A stretch of 62,990 nucleotides of DNA, counting the filler, from Globobulimina sp. (lineage: Eukaryota), in assembly GCA_003354225.1 (NCBI GenBank). It is 36 parts of 36 records of this genome, joined end to end, with 100 filler letters (N's around TTAATTAATTAA, not from the genome) between each part and the next. Parts side by side here need not be neighbours in the genome. Positions count along the whole stretch, not along the records: positions 49,077 to 50,728 come from PIVH01013594.1; positions 50,829 to 52,480 come from PIVH01013595.1; positions 52,581 to 54,232 come from PIVH01013596.1; positions 54,333 to 55,984 come from PIVH01013597.1; positions 56,085 to 57,736 come from PIVH01013598.1; positions 57,837 to 59,488 come from PIVH01013599.1; positions 59,589 to 61,239 come from PIVH01013600.1; positions 61,340 to 62,990 come from PIVH01013601.1; 28 more parts are not named here. One strand, given 5' to 3'. A model generated the notes under the pieces. The model searched no databases. It was given only the letters and a program-made list of their open reading frames with translations, and was not told the DNA's origin. Position 1 is the first letter of the stretch. Each line of letters begins with the position of its first letter. Made by a program: the position numbers and the translations under genes. Positions 48,977-61,359 of this stretch are shown one piece after another.

Positions 48977-49582
48977 NNNNNNNNNNNNNNNNNNNNNNNN
49001 NNNNNNNNNNNNNNNNNNNNTTAATTAATTAANNNNNNNNNNNNNNNNNNNNNNNNNNNNNNNNNNNNNNNNNNNNTTTAGTTGTTGTATCTGTTATAAG
49101 GTTTCCATTGATAGATTGTGAAAGATTAGGAAAAAATCCAGGATTACAATTATTTAATTCATTGTTATCATTAACAACGCCTGGCATATGAAGATTTGCT
49201 AAAAATATATATATAATATACGTATATATAAAAATGTACTTATAAATACGAGACGAGTTTGGCTGGATATTTGAATGAATGTTTGTAAAGCTCCTTTCCA
49301 CAAAAACAGCAAGACGCTTTTTGACGTTGAATATACCAACTCATACTATATGGTCCGAATATCTCCATAAAGTAAACGGTAAAAGGATTCAAAGCACAAA
49401 AGACATCGGTTGACAACGATTTCGTATTTGGTGAATTGTGAACCAGACTTTACAGAGTAAAGCAGATTTTTAAACATTATCGATCGACATTAAATAATGT
49501 ACGGAATCAAAGGACGTTCGGACTTTTGGCCAAATAAAAGGGAATCAAAAAATACATATGATCGACTTGGATTTCGACATCG

Positions 49583-49782
49583 CATATAAAGTCCCGGTCA
49601 GAACGTAATATAGTCAATGATGGTCAGAAAATGATATAATTAATTATATCAACGTTACATTTTGGGGATAAATAGTTCAGCGAAGCTGAACGAGTTGACT
49701 ACTACATATAAAGTCCCGGTCAGAACGTAATATAGTCAGTGATGGTCAGAGAATGATATAATTAATTATATCAACATTACAT
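49583..49782. repeat. 78-bp direct repeat pair, period 122 bp
   Basis: 49583-49660 vs 49705-49782 with 3 mismatches. Confidence 0.9.
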
Positions 49783-50828
49783 ATTGACCAGAACTGTTAT
49801 ATTTATGTAAATAAAATAGTTACCATTTCTATGTAAATTAAGTAAAAGACCTGGGTTTAATAAGTTTGGTAAATCGGGTGGATTAGATTTTTGAGTAATA
49901 TTATTATTTATCGGTTCCGAATTGACATCTGAAAAACAAAAAAAAATTTTGGAAATTATATACAGTCCCACTCGCAAAGTGCATCGAAAAGTGACAAGTT
50001 TACCGACAAATGAGAAGTCGAAAAAAGAGTGACAAATGCATCGACAACGCAAAAGAATAGTGTTGAAAATAGGCTGCAAGGGAGGTAAAGCTAGTCGGGA
50101 AATTGTCACTTTTCACGACAGTTTGGGATCGAAACTGTAATTATAGTTTAAATATTTACCTAAGACGACAGCAAAGGATTTTTCTAGTACTGGGGTTCTT
50201 CTTTGTTGTTGTATACTTTCTTGATCGTCGTTTTTATTTGCATCGTTGTTGTTGTTATTGGGATTATTAGTAAGAGAAGATAGTGTTCGATTTCGATGCA
50301 TTTCTATATCATCCAAAAGATCTCCATCTAGAGTTATATCGTCTTGATCCAACGAAAGATTTGAATTGTTTTCTTCGACGCTTTGGTTATTATTACGAAT
50401 AGGAGTTTGATTATTTTCTTCGATGTTTGGAGCTTCAACGACAATCAACGGTACATGTTGATCCACTAAAATTGTAATATTTAATTGGAATATTGATTCA
50501 TAACAGTAGACTACGTAAAAACGTTTGTGAATATAGTTTCTTCATAAATGTTGTTTTGGTTTATTTTTTTGGATAGAGAAATAGACCATACCAAGAAACA
50601 CAAAAATTCAGTTATACAGCAAAAAAATATATATGAAGAAACCATATTTAGAAATTTTTCTTATTGTATTGTTTACGTTTCGCAAAAACAGGTTGCGTAA
50701 CGTGTACAAATAAAATAAACTTACGATTNNNNNNNNNNNNNNNNNNNNNNNNNNNNNNNNNNNNNNNNNNNNTTAATTAATTAANNNNNNNNNNNNNNNN
50801 NNNNNNNNNNNNNNNNNNNNNNNNNNNN

Positions 50829-52480
50829 TTGGCTGGCTCCGCCATTAGGGGCGGAGCTTGACCAGTGGCCATTCTGGCCCTGGTCTTCTGGTCATTCAAC
50901 CAGTTTGCTCGCTGACCAACAGCTCATCTAATTAATTGGTTTTTATTCCCACCCACCTTCCCTTTCTACTCTGCAGATTACTGTACATAGATTTCTTTAC
51001 GCACTTACATACTGCCATTTATTTCAGATCTCATCTCTACTCTTAATTCATCATTGCCTACTGCCACTCTGGCGGGTTTTCTGCCGGGGGTTATAGATAC
51101 TCTCATTCATAGTAAATCGCCGGGTACTATTAAAGCCTATCTGCGGGCTTTCTCTGTTTTTGCTACATTTGCTCATGAGCAGGGTTTTCAGGCTGTACCT
51201 GCCTGTCCTATCCATGTAGTTATCTATCTCGAGTCGCTCAGGCTTAAAAAATTAGCGGCCTCCACTATTCAGTCGGCCTTTTACGCCATTGCGTGGGTAC
51301 ACCGTTTGGCACAGTTTCATGATTTTGCAGATGACGTCATGTGCAAAATGTTTCTGGAAGGCCTTCGGCGTTCCGCGGTTATTCGCACTTGTCGGTCTGT
51401 ACCGGCCGATGTGGCTGTATTGGAGGCAGTGCAGCAGCAAGCCGCACTCTCTAAGGAGTTTGTGGATTTTCGCACCCTGTTTTTTTGCCTGTTGGCCTTT
51501 GCAGGCTGTTTACGTTATGACGATTTAGCGGAAATCGCTTTTGCTGACATCAGCATCGAGCCAGCTGGGCTCTCGATCTACCTGGCCCGTAGTAAAACAG
51601 ACCAGCACAAAGCTGGCCATTATGTTTTCTTGGCCGACACCCACTCTAGTCTATGCCCCAAGCGTAATTTCGGCATTTATGCAGATTGGTGCAAAAAATT
51701 CGGCCGAAGCCCTTCCGACCTCTTATTTTGGTCCCTTTCCACGGGAAGGCCTCTGTCGCGTGACACCATTTTGGCCCGTTTGCGTGCCTTATTAAAAAAG
51801 GGTAATCACCCATTGCATAAGGTTATCACCTTGCACTCTTTTCGTATCGGTTGTGCGTCGGTTCTCGCCTCGAAAGGCGTCGATTCACTCCAAATACGGC
51901 AACTCGGCCGTTGGCGAACCAATGGTTCGTTTGACCGATATGTCCGCCCTACACCAGGCAATCAGCTACATATTAGCTCGGCTTTAGGCCTGTGAAGGTG
52001 TCACATGTTTCCTTTTCAGGTATTCTCAAAACCATAGCAGCCATGCCACGTCAAGATTTCGATGACTGGACCACCTCCCTTCCGGACGATTGGTTCCCCA
52101 TGGACAAAGCCATTCGTCGCAGCCATCGGTTATTAGCACGTAGCTAATAGTATCTTATATGATAAAATCTTGTTTTATTTGATTTAATGCGTAACTTTGT
52201 TTTTTATGCTGTTCTGCTTATGCTATGCTAAGTTTAATTTGTGTTGTATTCTTTTGAATGATTACTGTATTTAATTATATTGTCATGTTTATTCTTTGTA
52301 CGTGGTAACGTCATAATTATGCCTTTATGCTTTCTAGTACTTATGTACATACATTCTTTGCGAGCAAATAAACGGTTGCAAACTCAAACATATGTAATAT
52401 ATTCTTAGCCTTAAAGGCTGCGAAGTGAAAATTACTTTTTCACGAACGTAGCAAGTGAAAATATTATTAACCTAGGCAGG
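50829..52480 (+). mobile_element. 3' part of a tyrosine-recombinase retrotransposon (DIRS/Ngaro-like)
   Basis: Intact YR ORF with higher GC than the host genes, preceded by a WPFWP-type peptide typical of the DIRS pol end. Confidence 0.7.
51054..51995 (+). CDS. Tyrosine recombinase
   Basis: Core-binding domain, then GCLRYDD, RSKTDQ, HSFRIG, GRW and RYVR (R-K-H-R-W-Y). Confidence 0.93.
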   Translation: MPTATLAGFLPGVIDTLIHSKSPGTIKAYLRAFSVFATFAHEQGFQAVPACPIHVVIYLESLRLKKLAASTIQSAFYAIAWVHRLAQFHDFADDVMCKMFLEGLRRSAVIRTCRSVPADVAVLEAVQQQAALSKEFVDFRTLFFCLLAFAGCLRYDDLAEIAFADISIEPAGLSIYLARSKTDQHKAGHYVFLADTHSSLCPKRNFGIYADWCKKFGRSPSDLLFWSLSTGRPLSRDTILARLRALLKKGNHPLHKVITLHSFRIGCASVLASKGVDSLQIRQLGRWRTNGSFDRYVRPTPGNQLHISSALGL

Positions 52481-52695
52481 NNNNNNNNNNNNNNNNNNNN
52501 NNNNNNNNNNNNNNNNNNNNNNNNTTAATTAATTAANNNNNNNNNNNNNNNNNNNNNNNNNNNNNNNNNNNNNNNNNNNNGCAGCCACTATTTATTAATA
52601 TTTTAGCTGCACAGAATCAAAACTTTTCGTTTTATGCATACAAACAGACGGAGATTTTATGGAATATCAAATTTTACGTCCTGTGATACAATACC

Positions 52696-53868
52696 TTAAG
52701 TCAGCAACCGGTTGCGCTCAGTTGTTTGCGAATAACTCATTTTCATAGATTTAAAATCAGTTCTTGGTCTTGTATAAATTCCAAATAAAGCAATTACAGA
52801 TCGAACATCACATCCATTTTGAAGACATAATACAATCCAAATATCAAATAATTTTAAACCTAGCAATGACACACCAACTATTGTCCCTATTTTTTGTTTC
52901 TCATTTTCTACCAAATACCATGCCGCAATTCCACTGCTGGCCGCAAAGCCCAGTCCAGACACAATCGCAATAGATTTGCACACAAAATGTTTGAGCTTCA
53001 AAGGCGACCAAGTGCCGTAAACACATTTCTTTCTACATTTATAGCCACACAATAAACACTTACAACACTGCTCCAAAATGCATACAATAAATGGCAGGAA
53101 TGTCCATATGATGCCAAATATTGCCATTATAGAAATAAACAAACTGACATTTTTCGGTAAATCGCCATAACCGCACAAGTTTGTAAAAAACTGCCTGACT
53201 CTGATATAACAATAAAACAATACCATTGAAGTTATAATATTGGTAAAAAACAATACATATAAAGCCATACTAAACCGATCACAGCAAATAACCAATGCAA
53301 TATGGAAAAATATGACATAAAATGTAGATATAAATAATCCAAATGACCCATAAAAAAAATAATACGTTGACAGCTGTATTGTAGGTATTATGCTAAATAT
53401 GTAATATTTTTGTTGCTGATCTCTGCCATCCGTACATGCAATATCTCGAATTGCTAATTCATTCGCGCGATTATAGGAAAATATAAATAATAGTATGCCT
53501 AACGAGAGAAAGCACATTGAATTCCATATCATATATCTTCTTTGTCTGCGTTTAGTTGTCGCATTCTCAGCAACTAATGTTTCGTGCAAAAATATTGAGG
53601 ACGTTTTTTTAAATATAAATGAGTCCCCATATGAATCAATTGGAGTCAGTACGTGATTATTAGCAATATTGTCTCTGTTCCTTGTTGATGATAAATATAT
53701 GGCTAAATCTGATGTATGTTCAGCAATATATCCTGCTTTTTCTTGCGAAGTCATTGAATTATTCGTTGAGTGGGGAAGGGATGCATTTGCAACGTGTCCA
53801 TTCATATCACTCATCTCTGTCACACAAGTCGATATAGTGTCTGATCTGTCTCTATTAGGAGATGCCAT
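52696..53868 (-). CDS. Multi-pass membrane protein of unknown function
   Basis: Long ORF with about 6 TM segments and a Cys-rich loop. Confidence 0.65.
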   Translation of the reverse strand: MASPNRDRSDTISTCVTEMSDMNGHVANASLPHSTNNSMTSQEKAGYIAEHTSDLAIYLSSTRNRDNIANNHVLTPIDSYGDSFIFKKTSSIFLHETLVAENATTKRRQRRYMIWNSMCFLSLGILLFIFSYNRANELAIRDIACTDGRDQQQKYYIFSIIPTIQLSTYYFFYGSFGLFISTFYVIFFHIALVICCDRFSMALYVLFFTNIITSMVLFYCYIRVRQFFTNLCGYGDLPKNVSLFISIMAIFGIIWTFLPFIVCILEQCCKCLLCGYKCRKKCVYGTWSPLKLKHFVCKSIAIVSGLGFAASSGIAAWYLVENEKQKIGTIVGVSLLGLKLFDIWIVLCLQNGCDVRSVIALFGIYTRPRTDFKSMKMSYSQTTERNRLLT

Positions 53869-53961
53869 GGTTTCTAAACTAATGTAACTCAAACAGTTAA
53901 TAAAGGTAAAAACTTACAAACAATATTCAGATGAATCAGATCAAGCAATGTAATATAGATA

Positions 53962-54232
53962 TTATTCTAACTCAGTGACAATATGAAGACATACAGGACA
54001 GGAATTATTATTCCTGAGCCAATCTGAAATACAAAAATCATGAAATCTCCAGTGAAAGCAAGGTAGAGTCAATGCACGTTCTCCAAATTTAAAAAATTCC
54101 ATACAAATTCCACATGCAATCTCTTTATTCTCTTCATTCTTCGAAATCGTACGAATTGGTAAATTTTGCAATATTTTCATCCCGTTTGGTTTTGGTTTGA
54201 TTTTCCAACGATATGTACATCCACTTTTTTTA
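53962..54232 (-). CDS. RING-H2 E3 ligase C-terminus
   Basis: CGICMEFF......LPCFHWRFHDFCISDWL....SCPVC. Confidence 0.85.
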
Positions 54233-54332
54233 NNNNNNNNNNNNNNNNNNNNNNNNNNNNNNNNNNNNNNNNNNNNTTAATTAATTAANNNNNNNNNNNN
54301 NNNNNNNNNNNNNNNNNNNNNNNNNNNNNNNN

Positions 54333-54506
54333 GTAATTGTTTAGTAAATGAGAACTATGATAAGGAGCTAGTGTGAATGGGTATTGATGGGAATGTTTCT
54401 CTTGATAACACCGACGATGTATGCTTGCTGATGGCAGGAATGATATATGTGTATGATGTCGATGTGTAAACCGATGAGTAGGCAATCTGCGCAATGAGAA
54501 CGCCAT
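54333..54506 (-). CDS. N-terminal fragment with mitochondrial-presequence-like composition
   Basis: MAFSLRRLPTHRF..., R/H/S-rich and nearly free of acidic residues; divergent from Pus10. Confidence 0.35.
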
Positions 54507-54662
54507 TATTATAAAGTAACGGTTTTATTTTTGCTTGTTCCAACACTAAAAAAAAGCATGTCAACTGTATGTGAATTTGTTTCAATCAACGTACGACTGT
54601 ATGTCATTTAAATTAATAATATTAATATTAAAACAGATTAAAGGAAAACGATCATTTTCTGA

Positions 54663-55984
54663 AATGGATAACGATAATAATGAGCAAAATAATAACAAAA
54701 ACGACAAAAATAATACAAATGATGGTGACATCAAACAAGAAGCAAAATTAGAAAGCGGTTTGCCACAAATTGGAATTATCGAATTCAGATACGATAATCA
54801 ACAATTTCCGTCATCACTACTCTCAGAAATTGCATTACTTGCATTCAATGACAGCAGTAATGAGAATGATAAAAAAGAAGAATCAAAATTAAAATACGAT
54901 ATCACTGAGTATTTATGCAAAATTGGGATTTGCGTTCCTTGCATTTATCGAATATGCAATAATTTCCAATGTATTTCTAAACAAAAAAATTGCAATGACC
55001 GAATAATATCATTAATTAAAATGGAACAAAGCATAAAATCAATAAAGAACAAAGGTTGTTTTATTTGCAATGATATTTATTTAAAATTGCATGAATCACT
55101 AAAAAATAATAAATTATTATCAAAGTCATTAATAAATGAATATGAGTACAAATCATATTTTTTAACGTTAAACATTCCGCCAATTCTCACCATTCGAGAT
55201 TTCTATATTGTCCATCATTTACATTATAATATTAAACAATCCATAAATATTATTTCGGTGCCATGCAACCTGCAAAATAATTATGGTTCGCATAAAGATT
55301 TTATTTATTTTATGATTCAAAACCAATCAACACAATTAATTGAAAATAATGAGAGAAAATATACCTCCACTGATCAGGTTGACATATTTGGAATCAACAT
55401 AACATTTAATTTTTGTCATAACTTTATTTTAAATCATATCAAAGCATCAGATTTAAATAAAACAGCGGATAAAAAAATGATGACAAAATCAGCAAAGAAG
55501 AGGGATAGATTTAGAAAATGGGACAGGAGAAAACAGAAAAATAATTCTAAAAAAAATGATGATTATACAAATTGCCAATTGCAGGAATATAAATTTATGA
55601 AAACGTTTGCTGCAAAGCAGTGGATGCATAAACATCATTATCTCAACTCATTGAAACATTTTCTAATCGATTTTCAAAGCTTAACTATCACCGTTGATTG
55701 CTGTAAAAGTATAAACAAAGATTCATTTTTAACATTTAAATTATTGCCATGGACCATTGATACTCACAACAATGATGTTATTGATGTTAAAATTGATATA
55801 CATCGTCCGCCAATTTTTATTGCCGGCGAATACAATAAATACAGTCGTCAAATATCTCAAACCCCGTTCGCTTTCGCACTCTCATCCGTTTTGACATTGA
55901 TTGTGCAACAAATGAGGAGAACCGCATGGGATAATAACGAGAGTAATGAACATAAAATAATGGATATTGATGATGATGGTGTTT
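54663..55984 (+). CDS. PUS10: tRNA pseudouridine synthase Pus10, N-terminal part
   Basis: CVPCIYR and CFIC zinc ligands; IFIAGEYNKYSRQISQTP. Confidence 0.8.
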
Positions 55985-56244
55985 NNNNNNNNNNNNNNNN
56001 NNNNNNNNNNNNNNNNNNNNNNNNNNNNTTAATTAATTAANNNNNNNNNNNNNNNNNNNNNNNNNNNNNNNNNNNNNNNNNNNNGTTAATTACATTCATC
56101 ATGATTGTTCTATAAACTTCCATACATTATGTTCTGCAGTTCTAGTTTAACATAGTTTGCATGTGTAAGGTAAGTTAAAGCAGTGTATCTTCTAAATTAA
56201 ATTTCTAAATGTTCCATTAGCCTGGCTGAATGTACGATTTTCAG

Positions 56245-56358
56245 ACATAAACGAATGCCAATCTAACCCATGTAAAAACAAGGCACCATGTATTAACAAG
56301 CCGGGAACATATGCCTGTAATTGTGAACAGTGTTTATCTGGAAAAAATTGTGAAATAT
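56245..56358 (+). CDS. Calcium-binding EGF-like domain exon (phase 1-1, 114 nt)
   Basis: TTTCAG|(D)INECQSNPCKNKAPCINKPGTYACNCEQCLSGKNCEI|GT; not in the ORF track. Confidence 0.85.
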
Positions 56359-56894
56359 GTGACAAGCATATCTCAATGTGCAAATTTGTCAACCCTGAGT
56401 GTACAAATTATTGAGTGTTGTGTGTAAACCCAGTTAGTTAGCAACCTAAATAGTTTAACCCACTCTAACTAACTAGGTTTTGGTTAGGCAGAACTGGAAC
56501 TGAAACTGGGTTTTTCTGGATTTCGAAAACTGGGTTTATAGATGGTGAAACAATGTTAAATTAAATGAACTTGGAAAGAACAGGGTTTAGAAACCCGGTC
56601 TAACCCAGTTCAACTAAATCTGTGATAAAATTAAGCCTCGATTTTATCTCGCCTTATCAATAAATGCATCGCTGCATGGTATTCCCTTACACTCACTCCT
56701 TCTGTCACTGCATTTTTCCTCTTACTGAAAAATAATGCATTCGATTGACTTAAATTCCAAAATATTAGCAAACTTTGATGAAATCTAATGTATAGCATTA
56801 AACTGAATTTACTGAATAAAAAACCCAGATATCCCAGTTAACTAACTGGGTTTTACTAATGAATTGATGATAACTGAAAAGGAACTACCATAAA

Positions 56895-57245
56895 TACTAT
56901 AATAGAAGCCCGGGACTTATATTTTTCAGGCAGGGTTTAGGGGAGCGTCTATTATAAGGGAGCTTCTATCAAAGGGAGGGCTTTTATTTTTTCAACTCTA
57001 AATTCGGAACTGGTACACATAGGAAATCGTACTAAATTTATGCTAAATCAACTTATTTTGATCAAATATAGTGCTTTTTAAGCTTCCAACAGTCCAAAAA
57101 ACTAAAGAAATTGTGCTAATATTACATTTTAAACTATATAAAAAGACTTGATAGGTAGTGTTTTGTAACAATAGATAGCATGGGTTTTACTATGACCATA
57201 TCTGGGTGGGGGGCTTCTATTATAGGGAGGGCTTCTATTATAGTA
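56895..57245. mobile_element. MITE-like element with 17-bp perfect inverted repeats
   Basis: TACTATAATAGAAGCCC (56895-56911) / GGGCTTCTATTATAGTA (57229-57245), with subterminal GGGCTTCTATTA-like repeats. Confidence 0.75.
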
Positions 57246-57737
57246 TACAGGGTGGCCTAAAAAATGCTAAGGTTTTTTAAAAGTCCAATTTCTCCGCCGT
57301 TTTTCAGCGGAATTGGCTGAAAATTTAACACAATGTAACATTACTACCACGATATACATAGCCAAAAATTTAAACATTTTGGAAGAAAGCTGATTCAGAT
57401 ACTGTTTTGTGACAAAGGGCAACCTGAAATATTACCAAAACGTAGATTGGAAAATTAGTGTTTTATTCAAAATCAAATTTCTCCGCCAATATCAAACCGA
57501 TTGTGGTAAAACTTAAGTGTACAATACATTCACAACATCGCCATGTACAGCGAAAATTTTGAATAATTTGGTGTGAAACTGATGGAGAAAACGAACTTTG
57601 AAAATGGCAGCCCAAAATTTTACCAAATCAGTATTTCTAACTTTTCGTAAAATTGCACATAAATAGTTAATTACTGCCAGAAACACGATTAACGGAAGGT
57701 TATTATGTCTATTGATATTCTACCAATACGTTAACAN
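57246..57737. mobile_element. Possible Tc1/mariner-type element end
   Basis: Begins TA-CAGGGTGG; internal imperfect duplication containing AATTTCTCCGCC. Confidence 0.4.
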
Positions 57738-57837
57738 NNNNNNNNNNNNNNNNNNNNNNNNNNNNNNNNNNNNNNNNNNNTTAATTAATTAANNNNNNNN
57801 NNNNNNNNNNNNNNNNNNNNNNNNNNNNNNNNNNNNG

Positions 57838-59488
57838 CCTCCAAAACAGTTAATTTTATGTTTAAAAAGGTTTGAATGGAATTTCGATACTGGGACTCGG
57901 CAGAAATTGAATACAAAATTTGAGTTTCAACCGGTGTTAAATCTGAAGAAATATTTAAATACAAATTTTGAAGATGTTGATGAAGATAAAAAAGATGATG
58001 AGGCTGAGGATGAAGAGGCATATATTTATGATTTAGTTGGCATTGTCATCCACCAAGGAAGTGCCAATACGGGTCATTATTATGATTATATTAAGGATCG
58101 GGACGCCATTAAGGATGAATGGTTTCGATTTGATGATAAAAAAGTATTCAAAACGGATTTTAATGAGCTGCAGAAAGAAGCATTTGGCGGACCGGTCGTT
58201 CTTGGAAAACAAGCACAGATTAAAACGAATAATAACTCTCAGAGCAATCCATGGAACAAACAGACGAATAAACAAAATAAAGGAAAGGGCTCTGACGATT
58301 CATTATTATCGAAGCGAAATGCGTATATTTTATTTTATGAACAGAGATCGGTCAAATCTCAACACAATAAAAAAAGTACGGAAAAAAAGCAACAATATCC
58401 AGAATATTTAAATGCTGAATTGGCTAAAATTACGAATGAAAATATTAAAATATTTCGTAAACAGATATTGTATGATGAATATTTTATACATTTTATGAAG
58501 AATTTATATTTTTCAAAGTCCGGCATTATAACTATGCCGTTGGCAGCAAATAAAATGAACAAAATTAATAAAATCGACAGTGTTTTGATCCGTTTTATAT
58601 TCAATATTGTACCAATTAAAATGTTTGAAACTAAAGAAATCAACGAATGCTTTGACTTATTAAAGAATGCATTTTGTGATTTTAATGAGAATCAACTCAA
58701 AGATTTTATGAAAAGCAAATTATTGCCGTCCTATTTAATGAATATATTCGGCAAATATAAAAATCGAAATTATCGATTGATCGCACTACGGTTTTTTGAA
58801 TTTATTGCGCGCCAAAAAATAAATCATAATCCAGAGTTATTACACAATTTATTACAGCCGTTAATATTTGTGATATCAAAATGGAATTCAATCAAAATTA
58901 CTTGCTCCAAAATGGAGGAAATCATTGATTTAATAAATATTATTTCCGAGCTGAATATGGATATTATTGAGAGTCAACGCGAGCGGATAATGGAGTCATT
59001 GGTGAATTTAATCAAAAATGACTTTGAATGGGCCGAATGGGTTCAAACCAACAGTAATAGTCCGGATTTATGCAAATCTGACTCAAATTTGAATATTGAG
59101 AAAATTTGTAAGTTATTGTTGAAATTAATTAACATAAATCCGAGCATCTCAAAAAGAAAAATATTGAATGATAAGATGTTTTGTCGGCAGTTAATTGCAA
59201 AAAATTATAACAAAGCTCAGGTGCGTATTATTTGTGGCATTGTGGAGAAGAATACGATGAGAAATAATGTGGACACATTTAAAGTGATTGTAAAATCAAT
59301 TCATGGTCGCATGGAATTGTTGGATTTTCATGAAATTTATGCGGCTTTGCAAATATTTAACGCATTGTTTGAGGATTACAATGATGAGTTTATTGAGGAA
59401 AAATTGCAAACGCAATGTTTACGGCAACATTTAGATAAAATTGTGGCAAATCGGAAGTTTTGGTGCTTGACGCAAATATCGATCCAAT
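57838..59488 (+). CDS. USP-family deubiquitinase, His-box region and helical tail, internal fragment
   Basis: LILCLKRFE, YDLVGIVIHQGSANTGHYYDYIK, WFRFDD, AFGG, NAYILFYE. Confidence 0.93.
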
Positions 59489-59588
59489 NNNNNNNNNNNN
59501 NNNNNNNNNNNNNNNNNNNNNNNNNNNNNNNNTTAATTAATTAANNNNNNNNNNNNNNNNNNNNNNNNNNNNNNNNNNNNNNNNNNNN

Positions 59589-60135
59589 CATTTATGCACG
59601 ACATCGCATAATAAAAGTACATAATGGTGTGAATAAATGAATTTTCTACCACGAATATCCATGCCCCGGTACTTTGAAAAACTAAACCTGCCCACATTCC
59701 AATTACCGCTCCACAATGATGGAACGTTTGAAGTAAAATAGGTCGTTTACCACGTGCGATCACTAAAAATGTATCAACAAATTCATAAAATTTGCTCAAA
59801 TAAAATAAATAGGTCCAATATCCAAAAATGCTTTGAATACCGCCAGATAATAATCCTTCTAATTTTTTATCACAAAGAGCTCCATTCAATCCTTCCCTTA
59901 ATAACAAGGATGAAATTAATGGAAATGTGTTATAAAAAGTTAATGCTGAAAAAAGACATAATAAAATATTGTGCATAAACATAAATAATTTTAATTTTGT
60001 CATTGGTTTATTTTTTGGTTTTGTTGTTTTGGTTGGTGATGCTTTTAATTTTGGTGTTGGTTGTGTTGACGGTTGAAAATAAATTGTTGTAATTATGTAT
60101 AGTATCACACCAACCATTGGATATCTATAAATCAT
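59589..60135 (-). CDS. ELO fatty acid elongase, copy A (3'-partial)
   Basis: HN..L, FYLSKFYEFVDT, LQTFHH, NSFIHTIMYFYY. Confidence 0.93.
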
Positions 60136-60675
60136 ATGATATATTAAAAACGTGTTATATTAATCATATGATATGAGTTATACCTGAATTGAGTGTAGGG
60201 GAATGTTTCTGTGTCAATATTAACATTGGCGAATAGAGATTGGGTGGACATCTTAGAAGGCAGGCTGTTGAACTCAGGTTTAATTTGAAAACTTTTATTT
60301 TTCCATATTCCAGCAATCTGTGAGCCAGGAATAGGACCTATGTCCTGATTGAATTTTTCATAATACTACATGTTTTATTCTAAAAGGGCCATAAATGCAA
60401 GTTTAGTTATGTTGGTAAATGTTGTTCGGTATACAATTAGACCAGAAACAAAACGTAAACAGTTGTTTCTTGTTTAATTGTATGCCAATACTCATCAGAT
60501 TCAGAAGTTACTGTACATTCTTTATCACTAAAAAATCCAAATCAATTTATACAATCGAACCTATCGTTAATTACGTAAACAAAAAAGTATTTGTGGAGTG
60601 ACATTCAACCTAAAATTAATTGTTTGTTTGATGAATAATACAAATACAAACTGCAAAATCAATTATAACATTTTC

Positions 60676-61239
60676 TTAATTTTTCTTTTTCTTTTTATAG
60701 GTGTTTTTATAAAAAGCACGAAATAATAACAATAAACAACTGGTATAAATAATATGATACCAAATGGCTGCTTTGTCCTCAAATCTCATACATTCGCCAT
60801 AACCAAACATCATTATTAAACTGATACTGTTTCCAATGACAAATTGTATCATTTGAGCTTGCGTTATAATGCTCTTGAAAGGCAATCTCACATTTATGCA
60901 CGACATCGCATAATAAAAGTACATAATGGTGTGAATAAATGAATTTTCTACCACGAATATCCAAGTTCCTGTACTTTGAAAAACTAAACCTGCCCACATT
61001 CCAAATACTGCTCCACAATGATGAAAGGTTTGGAGTAAAATGGGTCGTTTACCACGCGCGATCACTAAAAATGTATCAATAAATTCATAAAATTTGCTCA
61101 AATAAAATAAATAGGTCCAATATCCAAAAATGCTTTGAATACCGCCAGAATATAATCCTTCTAATTTTTTATCACAAAGAGCTCCATTCAATCCTTCCCT
61201 TAATAACAAGGATGAAATTAATGGAAATGTGTTATAAAA
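60676..61239 (-). CDS. ELO fatty acid elongase, copy B (5'-partial)
   Basis: Same motifs as copy A plus ITQAQMIQF and a C-terminal KKKKN ER signal. Confidence 0.93.
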   Translation of the reverse strand, partial: FYNTFPLISSLLLREGLNGALCDKKLEGLYSGGIQSIFGYWTYLFYLSKFYEFIDTFLVIARGKRPILLQTFHHCGAVFGMWAGLVFQSTGTWIFVVENSFIHTIMYFYYAMSCINVRLPFKSIITQAQMIQFVIGNSISLIMMFGYGECMRFEDKAAIWYHIIYTSCLLLLFRAFYKNTYKKKKKN

Positions 61240-61359
61240 NNNNNNNNNNNNNNNNNNNNNNNNNNNNNNNNNNNNNNNNNNNNTTAATTAATTAANNNNN
61301 NNNNNNNNNNNNNNNNNNNNNNNNNNNNNNNNNNNNNNNACTAAAAAGAAATATTAATA

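Noticed and set aside
59589-61239. Second circular contig
   Set aside because: The overlap is about 350 bp with multiple substitutions, which fits diverged tandem paralogues.
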